The position numbers were made by a program, and so were the translations under genes. Below are positions 15,001 through 33,114 of a stretch of 64,000 bases of DNA, piece after piece. Where the stretch lies: the NCBI GenBank assembly GCA_046563655.1, contig CM102283.1:496001-560000 (forward strand). The letters run 5' to 3'. The first letter of the stretch is position 1. Every line of letters starts with the position of its first letter. The notes under the pieces were generated by a model that was given only the letters and a program-made list of their open reading frames with translations, ran no database searches and was not told the origin of the DNA. Origin of the DNA: Yuukianura sp. NJ FZ-2021. Lineage: Eukaryota.

Positions 15001-17554
15001 CGACGACACCAAAGAAAACCGTCACACAATCAGCACCACCTGAAGTAACAAATCCGATGCGACGTCGACGTAGATCACCAAAGACGGAACTTGAGAATAC
15101 TACTGCAGAGAAACCATTTGAGCAGAAGATTGCTGATGAAATGTCTACGCAGTGCTACAAGTTTTTGGGTTGGGTTGGCTTCAACGACAAAGTAGTACCC
15201 TCGTCCTCATCTCCTGTCAAATCCTCCAGAAATATTTCTCCAGGAACGACTTCCTCATCCTTACTGACTCCGCCTCCTCCACTTCAACCTCAGCCGTTTG
15301 CCCATCCAGCGTCAATATTCCTCCTACCTATGATGTCACCACATCAGGATCAGAGGATGACGATGATTTTGAGGAAGTTGTTGAAGAAACGATTCCAGTG
15401 AGTAAGCCGGATGCTTTAACTTCGTCACTTCGTCCAACTTCGGCTGAGGTCCGAGAGGCAGTAAAGAGAGACAACTCCATTTTACCGGGGTAAAAGGAGA
15501 ATCAAGTATTTAGTAACAGTAAATTAGTTGTAAAATGACAAAAATCACAATTTTTTTTATTTTCAGAATCAAAATTCGAATCACACCACAAGGAGATTTG
15601 GGTGAAGATTTGTTTGCTGACATTTTCTCAGCCGTTATTGCTGAAACAAAGCCGAAAGCTGAACCAAACGATGAAGTGGCAAAAGCAGAAGCTCCGAAGA
15701 TTGAATCCCGGGGTGGAAATAGCATTGTGTGTGCTATTGATGAGGAGGTGGAATTGGAAGAAGTCGGTGCCTCTAGCAGCCAGGAATTCATTCAAGAAAC
15801 GAATAATATCAAAGCAGACGGACAAGGTCAAACCAGCAACGCCGAACCGACCAAGATCAGCCAAAGTTGGAGTCAAGATGAACACGAAGATAATTCCCCG
15901 GTAGCATTTTCACACCGAAATCTGAATTTGGAAAAATCAGACCAGAACGACTTTGATGAAGGTCAAGTTCATCTCGAAGTAGAAGCGGGAATCGAACAAA
16001 ATGGAAGTCATAGTGAAGCGGAAACTGATACTCCAGTTACAGCTCGGAAGCAAACGGAGGAATCATGTAGTGATGAAGATATGGAGGATTTTGCAAGCGT
16101 ACCTGACTCCCGTCAGGCATCTCAACCCGCTTCATCACAAATACGCATGATCACGATGGATTTTATGCAACAGCAGGTAATTCCATTTAAAAAAAGAGAT
16201 TTTTTTTTAGTAAACTGGAGAAAAATATAACAAATCGTTTCAATTTTTAATTTTAGGAGAGATTGCTAAGTGAGAAGGGAGTACTGCGAGGTGAAATTGG
16301 ATCTCAAGAGCGTATTTCCACGTCGATCACTGATCAAATGTACTTGGAAGGACAGGAACTGTTGTCTCTCTTTGGAATTCCGTTTGTTGTGAGTCCAATG
16401 GAAGCAGAAGCCCAGTGTGCCTTCCTTGATGCAGCTTGTCTCACGGATGGAACCATTACGGATGACTCTGACATTTGGCTATTTGGAGCTCTACGAGTGT
16501 ACAAGAACTACTTTGCTCATGGAGATAAACATGTCCAGTTCTTCCAGTACGCCGATGTTGTTCGGAAGTTGCGTAAGTCATTCAATTGCTAAATCTGTTG
16601 AAAAGAAAGTTGTGATCATCGAGTCTAAATCCGCATCGTCTTCTGTGTCCAGATTTGGATCGAGAGAAACTGGTTCTGATTGCCATGTTATGTGGAAGTG
16701 ACTACACGAATGGAATAGAAGGTGTTGGACCTGTCACTGCCTTGGAAATTCTAGGTGATGAAGGGTTTCAAGGATCCTGTGCCCTGGACATCCTTCGGAA
16801 CTTCTACTCCTGGTGGTCCAGTGTGCAGGAATTGGATAGTGATGAAGAGGTGGAGCCAAAATGGAGGGAAAAGTGGCGCAAACTTCGAATTCGTCCAGGC
16901 TTTCCCTCCACCCTTGTCTACGACGCATATCTAAGTCCCACTGTGGATACTTCTACAGAACAATTCCGATGGGGCACTCCTGACCTTGATGCTTTAAGAC
17001 AATATGCCAAAAATAAGTTTGGTTGGACTCATTCTCGGACGGATTCCGTGCTAGGACCTGCGCTCAAAAACTTTGAATGTCAAGCAGCAGAAATCAAGCG
17101 CCAAACTACACTGGACTCGTTCTTATCCAGAAACAATGATCGATCCAGTTCTCCTTCAAGCCCATTCTTAGGTCAAAGTAAACGTCTAAGGAAGGCTGTG
17201 CAGAAACTGAAGAAACAAAACTTGCCGAAAGCAGCACCAGCAGAAGTTGACCTCAGCAGTTCAGACTCTGAAGAGGAAAAGCCAGGAACGAGTCAGAAGA
17301 CATCTGAGACTCCGTTACGAGGGAAGAGGAAGGCCAAGAATCAGAAGAGTGTTGGGACAAAGAAACAACGGAGATCGAAACAAGGCAACACTGAAGATGC
17401 TGAACTGGATGGAAACGTAAAAGTCAAAGGTCAACCTCGGATTCCAAAGGGGTCTGGTGCCGACATTCCACAAAGAACGAGGAGTATTGAAACTAGGAAA
17501 CTAAATAAGGCAAAGGCCATTCAAGTATTGAAACAAGGAAAAGACTCGAAGTAG
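12048..17554 (+). CDS. ERCC5: XPG/ERCC5 (Rad2/mus201) nucleotide excision repair endonuclease
   Basis: Exon 1 (12048-12135, MGVQGLW...LRGKVLAI) splices in phase 1 to 13772 (DVSIWLHQ...PVFVFDG). I-domain PMEAEAQCA..TDDSDIWLFG and H3TH GSDYTNGIEGVGPVTALE, plus a PIP-like QTTLDSFL and a basic C-terminus. Confidence 0.96.
12470..12769 (+). CDS. NAA38: LSM-domain protein, NatC auxiliary subunit (NAA38/LSMD1/Mak31), intronless, nested in XPG intron 1
   Basis: Sm1 motif ([31 protein letters not shown]) and Sm2 motif ([16 protein letters not shown]) match LSMD1. Confidence 0.88.
   Translation: [99 protein letters not shown]
12851..13522 (+). CDS. ANAPC10: Anaphase-promoting complex subunit 10 (DOC1), intronless, nested in XPG intron 1
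   Basis: LREVG..AIWSLSSCKPGYGVDQLRD...YWQSDGQLPHLVNIQF...DESYTPS...NHQNGRDTHLRQ and a C-terminal IR tail. Confidence 0.97.
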   Translation: MASLSPIAQEMISPSAANNNGPNNNDDGSPLTSAIPPQNYKTGEDVDPLKDERSGLLREVGCQAIWSLSSCKPGYGVDQLRDSSLDNYWQSDGQLPHLVNIQFRRKMTIRDICIYTDFKLDESYTPSKISVRCGTHFNDLQEVEVVEFSEPSGWVQIFLKDMRSRPISTFMLQLAILSNHQNGRDTHLRQVRIHSPVQNLPAMVFPGAFAEGPSAFRTFSSIR

Positions 17555-17893
17555 AACTTTTATAGAAAAATCTAAGAATAGCAATTACATAACTTAATTT
17601 AAGTTAGATTAGTTCATGTAAAATAACGATGTGAGTTAAAAAACCTAGTGGTAAATGAAATAAGATAATCAAATAAACTTATTTTTACCAGAGCTGATTT
17701 TGCGCCACATTGTGTTTATTTCCAGGGACAGAAAGTTCATCCATTTCAAGCTTTGATGTTTGGAGTATCCGTTGTCAGCTGTTACTCTCCATATAGGTCG
17801 TAAGGAATGACGGTAAATTCTTTATATCGAACTGAAACTGCGTATCTAAATAACGTGAAGACCAGCAGCGATTATAAACAAAGGCGTATCAAA

Positions 17894-18243
17894 TTATTGG
17901 TAGTAGAGCTCGATATTCATTCCATCGTGAATTTCATCTGCAATATAAATCAAATGATAGGCGTTAAACTTCAACCTATCAAACTTGAACTAAAACTAAA
18001 CTTACTTTTACTATAATCAGATTTAAGGAAGTCTATTATTATCGGGACATATGAATTCGACTTACAGTCTCGAAGTGTAATTTGATCTTTGAAGATGTTG
18101 TACCATTTCTTGAGAACAATTTTCTCAGGCCTCGTTCCAGTCTGAGCTGCAATCAACTTCTTGAGATCTCCAATTGTGTCATCACTGTTACATTTCACGC
18201 GAATCTTTTTCCCCAGGCGGTCGTTGCACACAATTTCAATCAT
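17894..18243 (-). CDS. UBL5: Ubiquitin-like protein 5 (Hub1)
   Basis: [37 protein letters not shown]...; intron 18065..17938; final exon [14 protein letters not shown]. Confidence 0.97.
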
Positions 18244-19148
18244 TTCTGTAAATTGGAATCTGTGGAGGTACGGGTTAAATCATATTAAAAACACAATCGT
18301 AATCGTTTCGTTCCTGCTAATTGATTAGGTATTTTAGAAAAATTACCTTTTAGTATTGATTATCCACGCACACTGATTCGATTTCGCGATTAGAAAGCCC
18401 GGTAAGTTCAATTGTTAAAGCACTCGCAACTTGGAGTTGTTAGGATACCAACCGAGTTTGTTTGTTTACTTCGCTCACCTCAAACACGGTTGGGGAGCAC
18501 TGCATAAGGCGAATGTGTATAATGCTAAAGAGATGGCAAATCCGGTGATCGCCTCGCCGGATTGTGCATCGATGCACAATTTTTGTTGAGCGAAGGATAT
18601 TCTTCGTTCAGTGTACCCGCCTTTACTTTTTAGAATTTCAGCAATGTTTTACGACTATGCTGCGTTAAGAATCTGAAGAGCTCTACTTTCCTTTCAAGTT
18701 CTATAATAGAACAATACTAATTGTAGCCCTGAATTGGTATTTAGTATAACCGTAATGGTTTATTTAAATTGTAGGTACATGAGGAGTGCCTTATTGACGC
18801 CAACCGGGATCACTGGGAAACGCTATTTTGAATTTGTTTATTTTTTTTCAAACAATTCGTCAAATGCAGTGCTCCCAGAGTAACTTGGAGTACAAATTTC
18901 AGAGACTAAATAACATTCGAACAAGGTCAAAGGTTAGGCTGAATTCATAAAAACAAAATTCAAAAACGTTAACAGCTGACTTAAATTTTGTTTTAAATTT
19001 CGCTCTTAAAAGATAAGCTACCATCCACAACTGGTAGGTGGCAGAGGACGCCGGAGAACCAAAAGTCAGCAGAGTAGGAAAAACAAGGGATAAGGGAAAG
19101 TGCAGCCAAACAAACGAGAAACGGAAACGACGACGCGTCCACGCGCTC

Positions 19149-19175
19149 TGACGTAAAATGATTTGCATTACGTCA
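19149..19175 (+). promoter_or_regulatory. Inverted pair of CRE/ATF-like sites around an octamer; probable DDX5 promoter element
   Basis: TGACGTAA (19149-56), ATTTGCAT (19161-68), TTACGTCA (19168-75), with an Inr-like TTCAGT ~40 bp downstream. Confidence 0.4.
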
Positions 19176-19966
19176 TACATTCATCAATCCCATGTTTCGT
19201 TCTCGTGTTTAGTGAGTTCAGTGTTCATTTCCTCGCCGAGGAGCGTTCTAAATCAATGAATCCCGAAAATTTTCGCAAGTATATTTTATCCAAGGTTTTT
19301 GAGTAAACCAGGTTGGTTTTTTTAAACCTACTTTTACGCATTGAAGGAACCTGGCTTAAACATTAAATTCAACCGTGAATTTTTTTAAAATCCCTTCTCT
19401 CAACCCATTAAAATAATCATAAGTAAAGCATCATCGCTATTTGTTTTAATTTTCTAAAAAACCATGGTTTTAGTATTTGCGTTAGTTTTTTTTTTTACGG
19501 TGCAAAAGAAAAGGTAAAAGAGGAAAGGAAAGTATGTATAGTAATTTTAGCACTTATATTTGTACATAGTGAGTGGAAAGGAAAACCTAACGTACGATTT
19601 TCAGGCATTGAATTTGATTTTGATTGGGGAAATCTTGTGTGACGACGACGAGTTAGCATTCTGCGGTTCTGCCTTTTAGTGTACCCTGTCTGCTTTTTTT
19701 TCGTCTTGTCTCTGGGTTTTTGAGTTGCGCATGCGTTTTGGAGTTGGGTGAGGAGAAGCACACCGCAAAAAGGAAAGGGGAATTTGCGAGTCCTCTCCGT
19801 CCTCCCTTTTGAATTTTTCTTTCTTTCCATCTGGATCTGCGAAACGGATCGGAAGTACGGATACTCCTTTAATTTTCACTAAATTTAATTAACTTTCATT
19901 GATTCCGTGATCCTAACGGTGGAATTCCAACCCTTTTACTGCTAGAAGATACAATTTAACAGGAAG

Positions 19967-25260
<5,294 letters not shown>

Positions 25261-25933
25261 TTCCGTTTAATTTCCTTCCTTTTGTTATTTTACTAATTCC
25301 ACTTACTACCATACAAAGTTTTTGTTATCCATCCACCCTCGACCCGTTTTGGCGCCTAGTTCTCCTCGTGAAGTTTGGAGATTTATCCGATGTTGTAGGT
25401 TCAAACTGTTGAGTTAGCGTTGCTACGCTGAACAATTCCCAATTAAATGTAACCTACTCTTTTTTAGTTAGATACAGAACTAAAGACGTTGCTTTTCATA
25501 GTGTAAGTGCTAAATAAATTGTACGTCGTGTATTCCACTCATGGGTTTTTTTGATTTGTTTTTGACACTACACGTGCGTAGATTGTTTTGCAAGACTCTG
25601 GAAAATTGGATCACGATAGGATTAGCGTTACTGTTGAAGCTGTCTTAAGTTCCAGCTTACTTTCTTTCATTTGAGACATATCGAGAGGGGAAAGGATTAG
25701 CTGTAAACATTGGTGTTGGAATTGGATTTTCCAGGTTTTCAAAGCTGCGAAAAGTCAAGGCTAGTTTTTTCCAGGAGTGAGGCTACAAATACTTGGACAG
25801 TCTCAGAACCGGTTTGGAACTGACGAGAACTGTAGCACAAACAAGTCTGTCACCGGAGAGCAACTTTGGATTTTTACTAAATTGTGAATTGCGATTGAAG
25901 TTTTCTAAGCAGTGAAGTTTTCAATCCAGCAAA

Positions 25934-28333
25934 ATGGGTGGAATTTTGATTCCAGTATTTGGACTATGTGTGATTGGAAGCGTCGTGGGTCTGGAGATGA
26001 CGCTGATTCATACCAACGATGTTCACTCAAGGTTTCGACAAGTGAACGCCAAAGGAGGTCACTGCACAGAAGTCGATGAGGCTAAGAACCACTGTTTTGG
26101 TGGATTTGCAAGACTCTATCACAAGGTAACGCTACTTTGTTCAGCTAAATACTTCAATGCAGAAATAATTCGATTTCTTTTTGTTTTAGGCCGAGGAAAT
26201 CCGAAAGTCTCATAAAAACGTAATTTACTTGAGCGGCGGTGACTACTTCCAAGGAACCGTGTGGTATACACTGTTCAAGTGGGAAATTGTGGCAAGATTT
26301 GTGAACAAGTTGAATCACACCGCCATGGCTCTTGGGAATCATGAATTTGACGATGGCGTTGATGGACTCTTGCCGTTCCTCAATAACGTGACTTTTCCAA
26401 TAGTATCGGCAAACATTGACGTTTCAAAAGAGCCATCTCTGCAAGGGAAGTTCAACAAGTCTATTTTGGTAGAATATGATGGTCAAAAGGTTGGAATCAT
26501 CGGATACACCACGGAAGAAACAATGGTAAGTTAAAAAAATTAGAACTTTTTGCCTGAATTTCACGACTTAATTTTTGTTTTTAACTTTTTCAGTGGATTT
26601 CGAACCCTGGCAAGAATCTCTTTTTCGGAAACGTGACGGAAGCCGTGAGAATCGAGGCACAGCGCCTACATGACGAAGGAATAAAAATCATTTTTGCCGT
26701 TGGACATGCCGGGTACGAAGTTGACATGGAAGTGGCCACTGTCCCTTGGGTTGACGTTGTCGTCGGAGGTCACACGAACACTTTTTTGTACAAAGGGAGT
26801 GCTCCGCATGATGAAATTCCGGAAGACGAATATCCCCGCGTGGTGACGAAGCAGGATGGAACTCATGTTCCCGTTGTTCAAGCGTTTGCGTTTGGCAAGT
26901 ACATGGGCTACCTCAACTTGACCTTTGACACTGATGGAAATTTGATCCATTGGAGTGGAAATCCGCTGCTACTGGATCATACTGTTCCGCAAGGTATCTA
27001 ATGGATATCTATTTATTAGTTGAATTGAAACTAATTTGTGTAACATTTTACATTTTACATTCTAAGATTCCGACATGCTGGCTGAGATTAACTTGTGGCA
27101 TGCAAAAGTTAAAGCCAAAACGAATGTGGAGATCGGACGCACGCGTGTTTTGTTGGATGGTGATCGCATGAGTTGTCGCCGTGGGGAGTGCAACTTAGGA
27201 AATCTAGTCGCCGATGCACAAGTTTTCTACGTAAGTAACTAATTCAATGTCGATTTTTTTAACACACTGGAAATTCGAAAATCGCGTTTTTTTTATCTTC
27301 AGTATCTAAAATTTGCTGATGGTGAAGATTGGGCTGATGCGACCATGGGGATTGTTCACAGCGGTAGCATCCGATTGTCAATTAGCGAACGGACACGAAA
27401 TGGTAAGATGACTTAAAAAAGAATTCTCAAAATTACAGTTAAATACGATTTGTTGTCGTACATTATGGAGTTCAATAGTTGAAATTTCAATTTGACAGGA
27501 AGTATTTCAATGAAGGACATTTTGGCTCTTCAACCGTTCGGACACAACGTTGACGTGATGACTATTCGTGGCAAACATTTGCGTGAAGTATTTGAATTTT
27601 CTGTTAACGGCTTTGACCCTGAGTACTTTGACCCTTCTGGAAAGTTCCTTCAAGTCAGTGGAATTCGAATCGTGTATGACATTACAAAGCCTAATGGACA
27701 ACGGGTCAAGGAAATTTCCGTACTTTGCAAGGAGTGTCGCATTCCGCAGTACGTTCCACTCGAAAATGAGAAGATCTATAAGGTCACTGTTCCTGGATTC
27801 CTAGTCAATGGTGGAAGTGGCTACGATGTGATGAAGCAACATGCCATTGAACATTTCACTGCTGGTAAAACTTATTTCTAGAGATTCATAAGCAGAGATG
27901 TCAAACATATTTAGTCTCCATGCCCGTAATGTTAAAAAAAAATATTTGGGGGGTTTTTGTTTCTAAATATTTATTTATTTGCCCATGCCCTTAATGTTAA
28001 ATAAGTAAATATTTGGGCGATTTTTAAAAAACATATTTTTTTGTCCATATTTCGGGGGTTTTTTAGCACATATTTTTGACATCTCTGTTCATAAGTTATT
28101 GAGTGCAACTTTCATAATATGGCTGTCGGCTATGTTCTTTAGGGGTGATGGATGCAGATGTCTTAATCGAGTACTTTTCTCGAGTTCAGCCAGTGACGAT
28201 CGGTGTGGAGGGCAGAATTCAATTTGAGACAGACAGAGACGTCAAGGCCAAATGCCTAGCAGCGGGATACGGTGGCTACCCAAATATCAAAAGTAGGTCT
28301 AATGTCCAATCGGACTCCGTGTTTTTCCCGTAG
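25934..28333 (+). CDS. Secreted 5'-nucleotidase/apyrase (5NUC/CD73 family)
   Basis: Signal peptide, HTNDVHS, GDYFQG, GNHEFD, GH, GGHTN and the C-terminal domain FLQVSG...FLVNGGSGY; seven exons with GT-AG introns. Confidence 0.95.
27893..28087. mobile_element. hAT-like MITE (195 bp) in the last 5'-nucleotidase intron
   Basis: TIR CAGAGATGTCAAA / TTTGACATCTCTG and 8-bp TSD TTCATAAG on both sides. Confidence 0.85.
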
Positions 28334-29256
28334 TATTACTCTGAGTTTGCAAATAATGTTCTTTCATCCATCATTCCAGATCCGCGACCCTCACTGCTAG
28401 TTACCGTAGATAGTCACTTTATGTCATCTACCACAGCCGCCGACCCGGGTAACACAGATTTTGAACCACCATTATCAACTCCAACCGCGGAAGAGTCTAC
28501 GACTGCCGTTAGCATGAACAAAACTCAACAAAGTACTGACACACCCACTACATCATCAACTGGACTGCCAGTATCATTTAACTAAACACATCCGCAATCG
28601 ATTGTGCATGTGAACTTAGTTGCTCAAGTGTACTAAGAGAAAGTGGTGGAGAGATAACGAGGCATTTAATGCAAAGTGAGTTATCCAGATTTCCAATTTT
28701 TCCAAGCATGTTATTAAAGTCAAACTAACTACATTTATGCTGATTCTTGGTGGTTAGGTTGGGCAAGTCCCATGCGTCTTTTTTTTGTCCAAATAGAAAT
28801 AAAAGAAAAAAAAATTATTTTTCGTTATTCTCACGTTTCATGTTTCAAACGTTTTTGGAACGTTGTGGGATCAAATAATTTTGTGGACCCCTTCACATTT
28901 TATTTTTAAATTTTGAGTCAAAATTTCCTAAGTGGGCACAGTGGGGTCGATTGATACAAACAAGGACAAGCGTTTCGGGAGAAACAATTGTTTATCAAAA
29001 TTTAAGAAATCATGAAGGGAGAATGGTGTAAAAAAATCATCATAATTTGATTAATTTAATTAATTGTGTTTAATTACATTTGTGTTTTGGCAAAGACATT
29101 AATACATACATAGAGCACTGAAAATTAACTCTACGAATGAAACTAAAACTTACTTGGTACACTTGTACATGCACAATTTGGTAAGTACAGTTTGGTTGTG
29201 AACACTTTGTTTCGTTCAAATTTGCCATGCACACTTTTGTCGTGCATAGTTTTTTG

Positions 29257-31562
29257 GGTCGAAGTAAACTTGGGCCCCCGCCTATCCCCACCCGTTCAAA
29301 TTTTCGCGCTGACTGCATTGTCCCCACCCACTGCCCCACCTGGTGGGGACAAATGTGTCCCCACCAGCCTTATAATGAGTCCCTCTAGCGGCTGAAGTGG
29401 ACCTAGCGAATTCGAGCTGGCAACGCTGTAGCATTGCTCCATTGTACCCACCCACGGCAGATGTAATTAACATAGCGACACTTAATAAGTCAAACCTACA
29501 GACGTAATCAGCATTTCGTGCTTTACCAAACCTAACGCCGCGCCTTCGGCGCGGGAAAATATAACAGTATTTACCAACTCAAAAAGGAACAAACGTTGCC
29601 ACCTTGAGTTCAGAGGTTACTGTATTGCCGCTAGGTGGACGTACTGCTTTTGCTTGTGGTGGGGACAAATGTATCCATCCGGTGGGGACAATGCAGGCAG
29701 CGCGAAAATTTGAACGGGTGGGGACAGGCGGGGGGCCCAAGTTTACTTCAACTGTTGAGGAATCAAGTGGAGATCCACCAATCTCCCTTCCTCCTTGTGT
29801 GACCTTCACTTTAGTTTTGAGTGCACTTGCACACTCGCATCCGGTCTTCCGACTCCACTTGTCACCTTGAGAGAGGACGAAGTGTCAACCTCACCGGAGG
29901 TGACGTGGCCATTCTCAAGGGCGATGAGTGGAGGCGGAATCGCCTCAACTCCTAGTTTAGTTTCAAGTTTAACACTAAGTTGCAATCCAGCACTCGCTGC
30001 GATACCTTGGGCCGAGCGGCAACTTCGTGAATTCATGGATATCGCAAGGAATGACGAAGTTCACCACTACTTGACAGACAAGTCGATTCGATGGCACTTT
30101 ATTCCACCAGGAGCACCTCATCAAGGCGGCCTTTGGGAAGCGAGACTGACGAGATGGCCACATGTCACCCTGATGTTCCAGTACTTCTGGAGACGTCGGA
30201 GTGCAGAGTACCTCACCTCGTTGCAAGAACGCTACAAATGGAAGAAGAAGACGACTAATGTGCAGGTTGGGGACTTGGTGCTGATCCGGGACGAGCAACT
30301 TCCTCCGCTGAAGTGGAAAATGGCGAGAATCACCGAAACCCACCCCGGCACTGATGGTCTAGTTCGAGTCGTCTCCCTCAAGACAGCCACTGGAAGCCTT
30401 CAAACGCCCTATCTCCAAAATTGATCCCCTACTACAACTCAACGACTAAGTTAGGGTAAAAGTATAACTTTTCTTGACCGCCACGGCAAGTCTTTAATTT
30501 TCTCAAACACTAGACCCTTAAGGCTAGCTACCCCCCAAGTTTCGCCAAAATCGGTCGTGCACAGTTGTCTGGATAATTCGTCAAACTTTTGTATAATTAG
30601 GTCACCTCTTTTAGATTAGGTATAGTATAGCATAGTTTTGAGCTAAGTTTCCTAGTATATGCTATAGTGTAAAAATTCGGTTTTTTCTTTCTCTCTAATT
30701 TTACTGACCCTACAAAAATTTGGCACCGCCACGGTACAGGGTTAATTTTCTTAGATACTAGACCCCTTAGGTTACCTTCCTGCAAAGTTTCACAAAAATC
30801 TATCGTGCACAAGATCCAGAGTAATTGGCTAAAGGTTGCAAAATTTAATTTCTTTATTATCTGGTATAGGCTTATCTATAGCTGTAGAACTATCCTTTTC
30901 ATTTGAGTTGGTGGATCTCCATGACTCTTGACGTCCGATTCCATAACGTTTTATCCCGGAATTGAGCTCATCGCTCAATTGGGGGCAGAATGTTGAGGAT
31001 TCAAGTGGAGATCCAGTGATCTCTCCTTCTCCTTGTGTGACCTTCACTTTAGTTTTGAGTGCACTTGCACACTCACATCCGGTCTTCCGACTCCACTTGT
31101 CACCTTGAGAGAGGACGAAGTGTCAACCTCACCGGAGGTGACGTGGCCATTCTCAAGGGCGATGAGTGGAGGCGGAATCGCCTCAACTCCATAGTTAGTT
31201 TTAGTTTAACTTCAAGTTGTCATCCAGCACTCGCTGCGATACCTTCCCTCTCTTCTCTTGCTCACTCGAGCCAATTGTGTTTCTCTCCAGTAGTGGTCAC
31301 TTGACCCTACTATTGTTCTAAAGTCTCTCTCCAGCACTCGCTGTAATAGTTTCTCTCTCCTTTTGCTCACTCGAGCCAAAGTAATTGTTTATACTAATAG
31401 TGGTCACTTGACCCTATTATTGTTCTAAGTGTCCCCCACTCGGGTCAAGTGTAAGTTTGCCTTGTATTGTGCCGTCCTCCTTGGAAAGTGTGCTACAATA
31501 AAGGAAATCTCTAATCATCTAGTTTTTGCACAACTTCATTCCATCCACCCATTTCATCAACC
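29257..31562. mobile_element. Non-autonomous DNA transposon with ~75-bp TIRs (Merlin-like), interrupted by a BEL/Pao insertion
   Basis: Left TIR GGTCGAAGTAAACTTGGGCCCCC...; the right copy is at 29681-29752 plus 31557-31562. 8-bp TSD GTTTTTTG at 29249-56 and 31563-70; GG termini. Confidence 0.75.
29753..31556 (+). mobile_element. Internally deleted BEL/Pao LTR retrotransposon
   Basis: Truncated 5' LTR from TGT at 29753; 3' LTR 30991-31556 after PPT GGGGGCAGAA; 5-bp TSD TCAAC. Integrase WHFIPPGAPHQGGLWE and DUF5641-like FWRR..EYL..LQ.R.KW...GDLVLI...P.KW...GTDGLVRVV. Confidence 0.9.
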
Positions 31563-32308
31563 GTTTTTTGAGTTTTTGTGTTTTCGTTCTTTCATGCATA
31601 CTTTTGCTCTGCATCAGGCATAATTTGGTTGGGCACAATTTATTCACGCCTCATTTACCTAATAAAGTTAGTTTTAAATCACGCATAAGTTAAGTTACGC
31701 ATGAACTACCTGGTGCGTAATGGTGGTACAATGCACTAATAGGAGACTTAAAATTGTGCACAAAAAATTGAATAAAATTTAGAAATCAATTAACAAATGT
31801 TGGAACTGTTTGTGGTCGAGTTCATAGAACTAGAACTACAATTGATCTCAAATAGTGATTTGTAATGTTTAATTTCGGTGGACACACTACACTAACAAGA
31901 AAATGTATTAAAGATAATACAGAATATTCTGTAATATTCTAAAAAATACCTGACCTAACCTATTGTTAGATTGTCGAACACTAAAACATTCTGCGAACAA
32001 CTAAAGCGAGGCAAGAGACTCTACTGACCCGATTTAGTGTTTTCCTAAAATGTTTTCGTAAAATATCTAAGAAAATCCAGGCGCTACATTCTCCACAAGT
32101 TGGGCAGTCCTATCTTTTGTATGGGACAAAGTTAGGATCCGCTGGCGCACCCAAATTCTGCAAAATTTGTCCTAACTTTAAAACTGCTAATTATTGAGCA
32201 TAACTCAATCCCAATTCATTTTGACACTCGTTTTTTGAAAAAAATTACGAAATGGCAGTCTCTTGGGTAATTTTAGCAGAAGATGAAGAATACGATCGAA
32301 AACGATTA

Positions 32309-32430
32309 TAACATTCATAATATACAATATATATTATATTATAATGTATATTTATAATATATATTATTATTATATTATAATGTATAATATATATTATATA
32401 CAATAAATTATAATATATCATATACAATTT
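32309..32430. repeat. AT-rich low-complexity (TATAT/ATAAT) tract
   Basis: Directly visible. Confidence 0.7.
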
Positions 32431-32589
32431 AATTTAAGAACGTAATTTTATAGTATTATATTTTAAACCAATTTGATCCCCATAGAATCTATGCAAAAGG
32501 TTCATTTCAAGTTAGGAGTCCTAAGTTAGGATCTGTCCTAAGTTTTGAACGAGTTGGGCTTGAGGAACAGCCCATCACATAAGAGAATA

Positions 32590-33114
32590 CAGTACTCCCT
32601 TGAATTCCGGAACACGAGTTCACTTTCCCTCACTGGGCGGGCTACCGTAAAGTTTAAATTTTGGAGGGAGCTTTATTGTCAACGGCTCAGAAACACAATT
32701 TCAGATTTAAGTTGTGATTTAAAGTTCAACGTGTTAATTGAACCAGTTTAACAAACTCGTTAGTTTTAGTTTGTGATTATGTCATCAGTGAAACGGTTAA
32801 CACTAGCCTGCACACTAACACTGACACTGTTAGTGTTAGTGTAAACACTAACACTGCCCAATTGGTAACCAAAAACAGAAAAATCTTATTGCTTCTGGAC
32901 AATTTTTCAGGTCATCAAGTTGAACCTACTCATCATTCAAACATCGATTTGCTTTTTTTACTTTGCTTTGAGGTTAATAAAATTGATATTTTTACGACTT
33001 AAGTGGTGCGCTTTCCACAGGGTTACTGTAATTTGAAAGTTTACGGTAAAAGAAAAAACCTTCCTCTTTCTCCTCCCTATCTCGCAATGCGTTCCGGAAT
33101 TCAAGGGAGTACTG
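32590..33114 (+). mobile_element. Non-autonomous pogo/Tigger (Tc1-mariner) element with a transposase remnant
   Basis: 24-bp perfect TIR CAGTACTCCCTTGAATTCCGGAAC and TA TSD. An internal fragment (~32872-32960) reads KNRKILLLLDNFSGHQ...SNIDLLFL, a DDE_1 motif. Confidence 0.9.

Noticed and set aside
15160-15245. Apparent frameshift in XPG
   Set aside because: Explained by a probable short intron ending TTCTCCAG (~15243); no need to invoke pseudogenisation.
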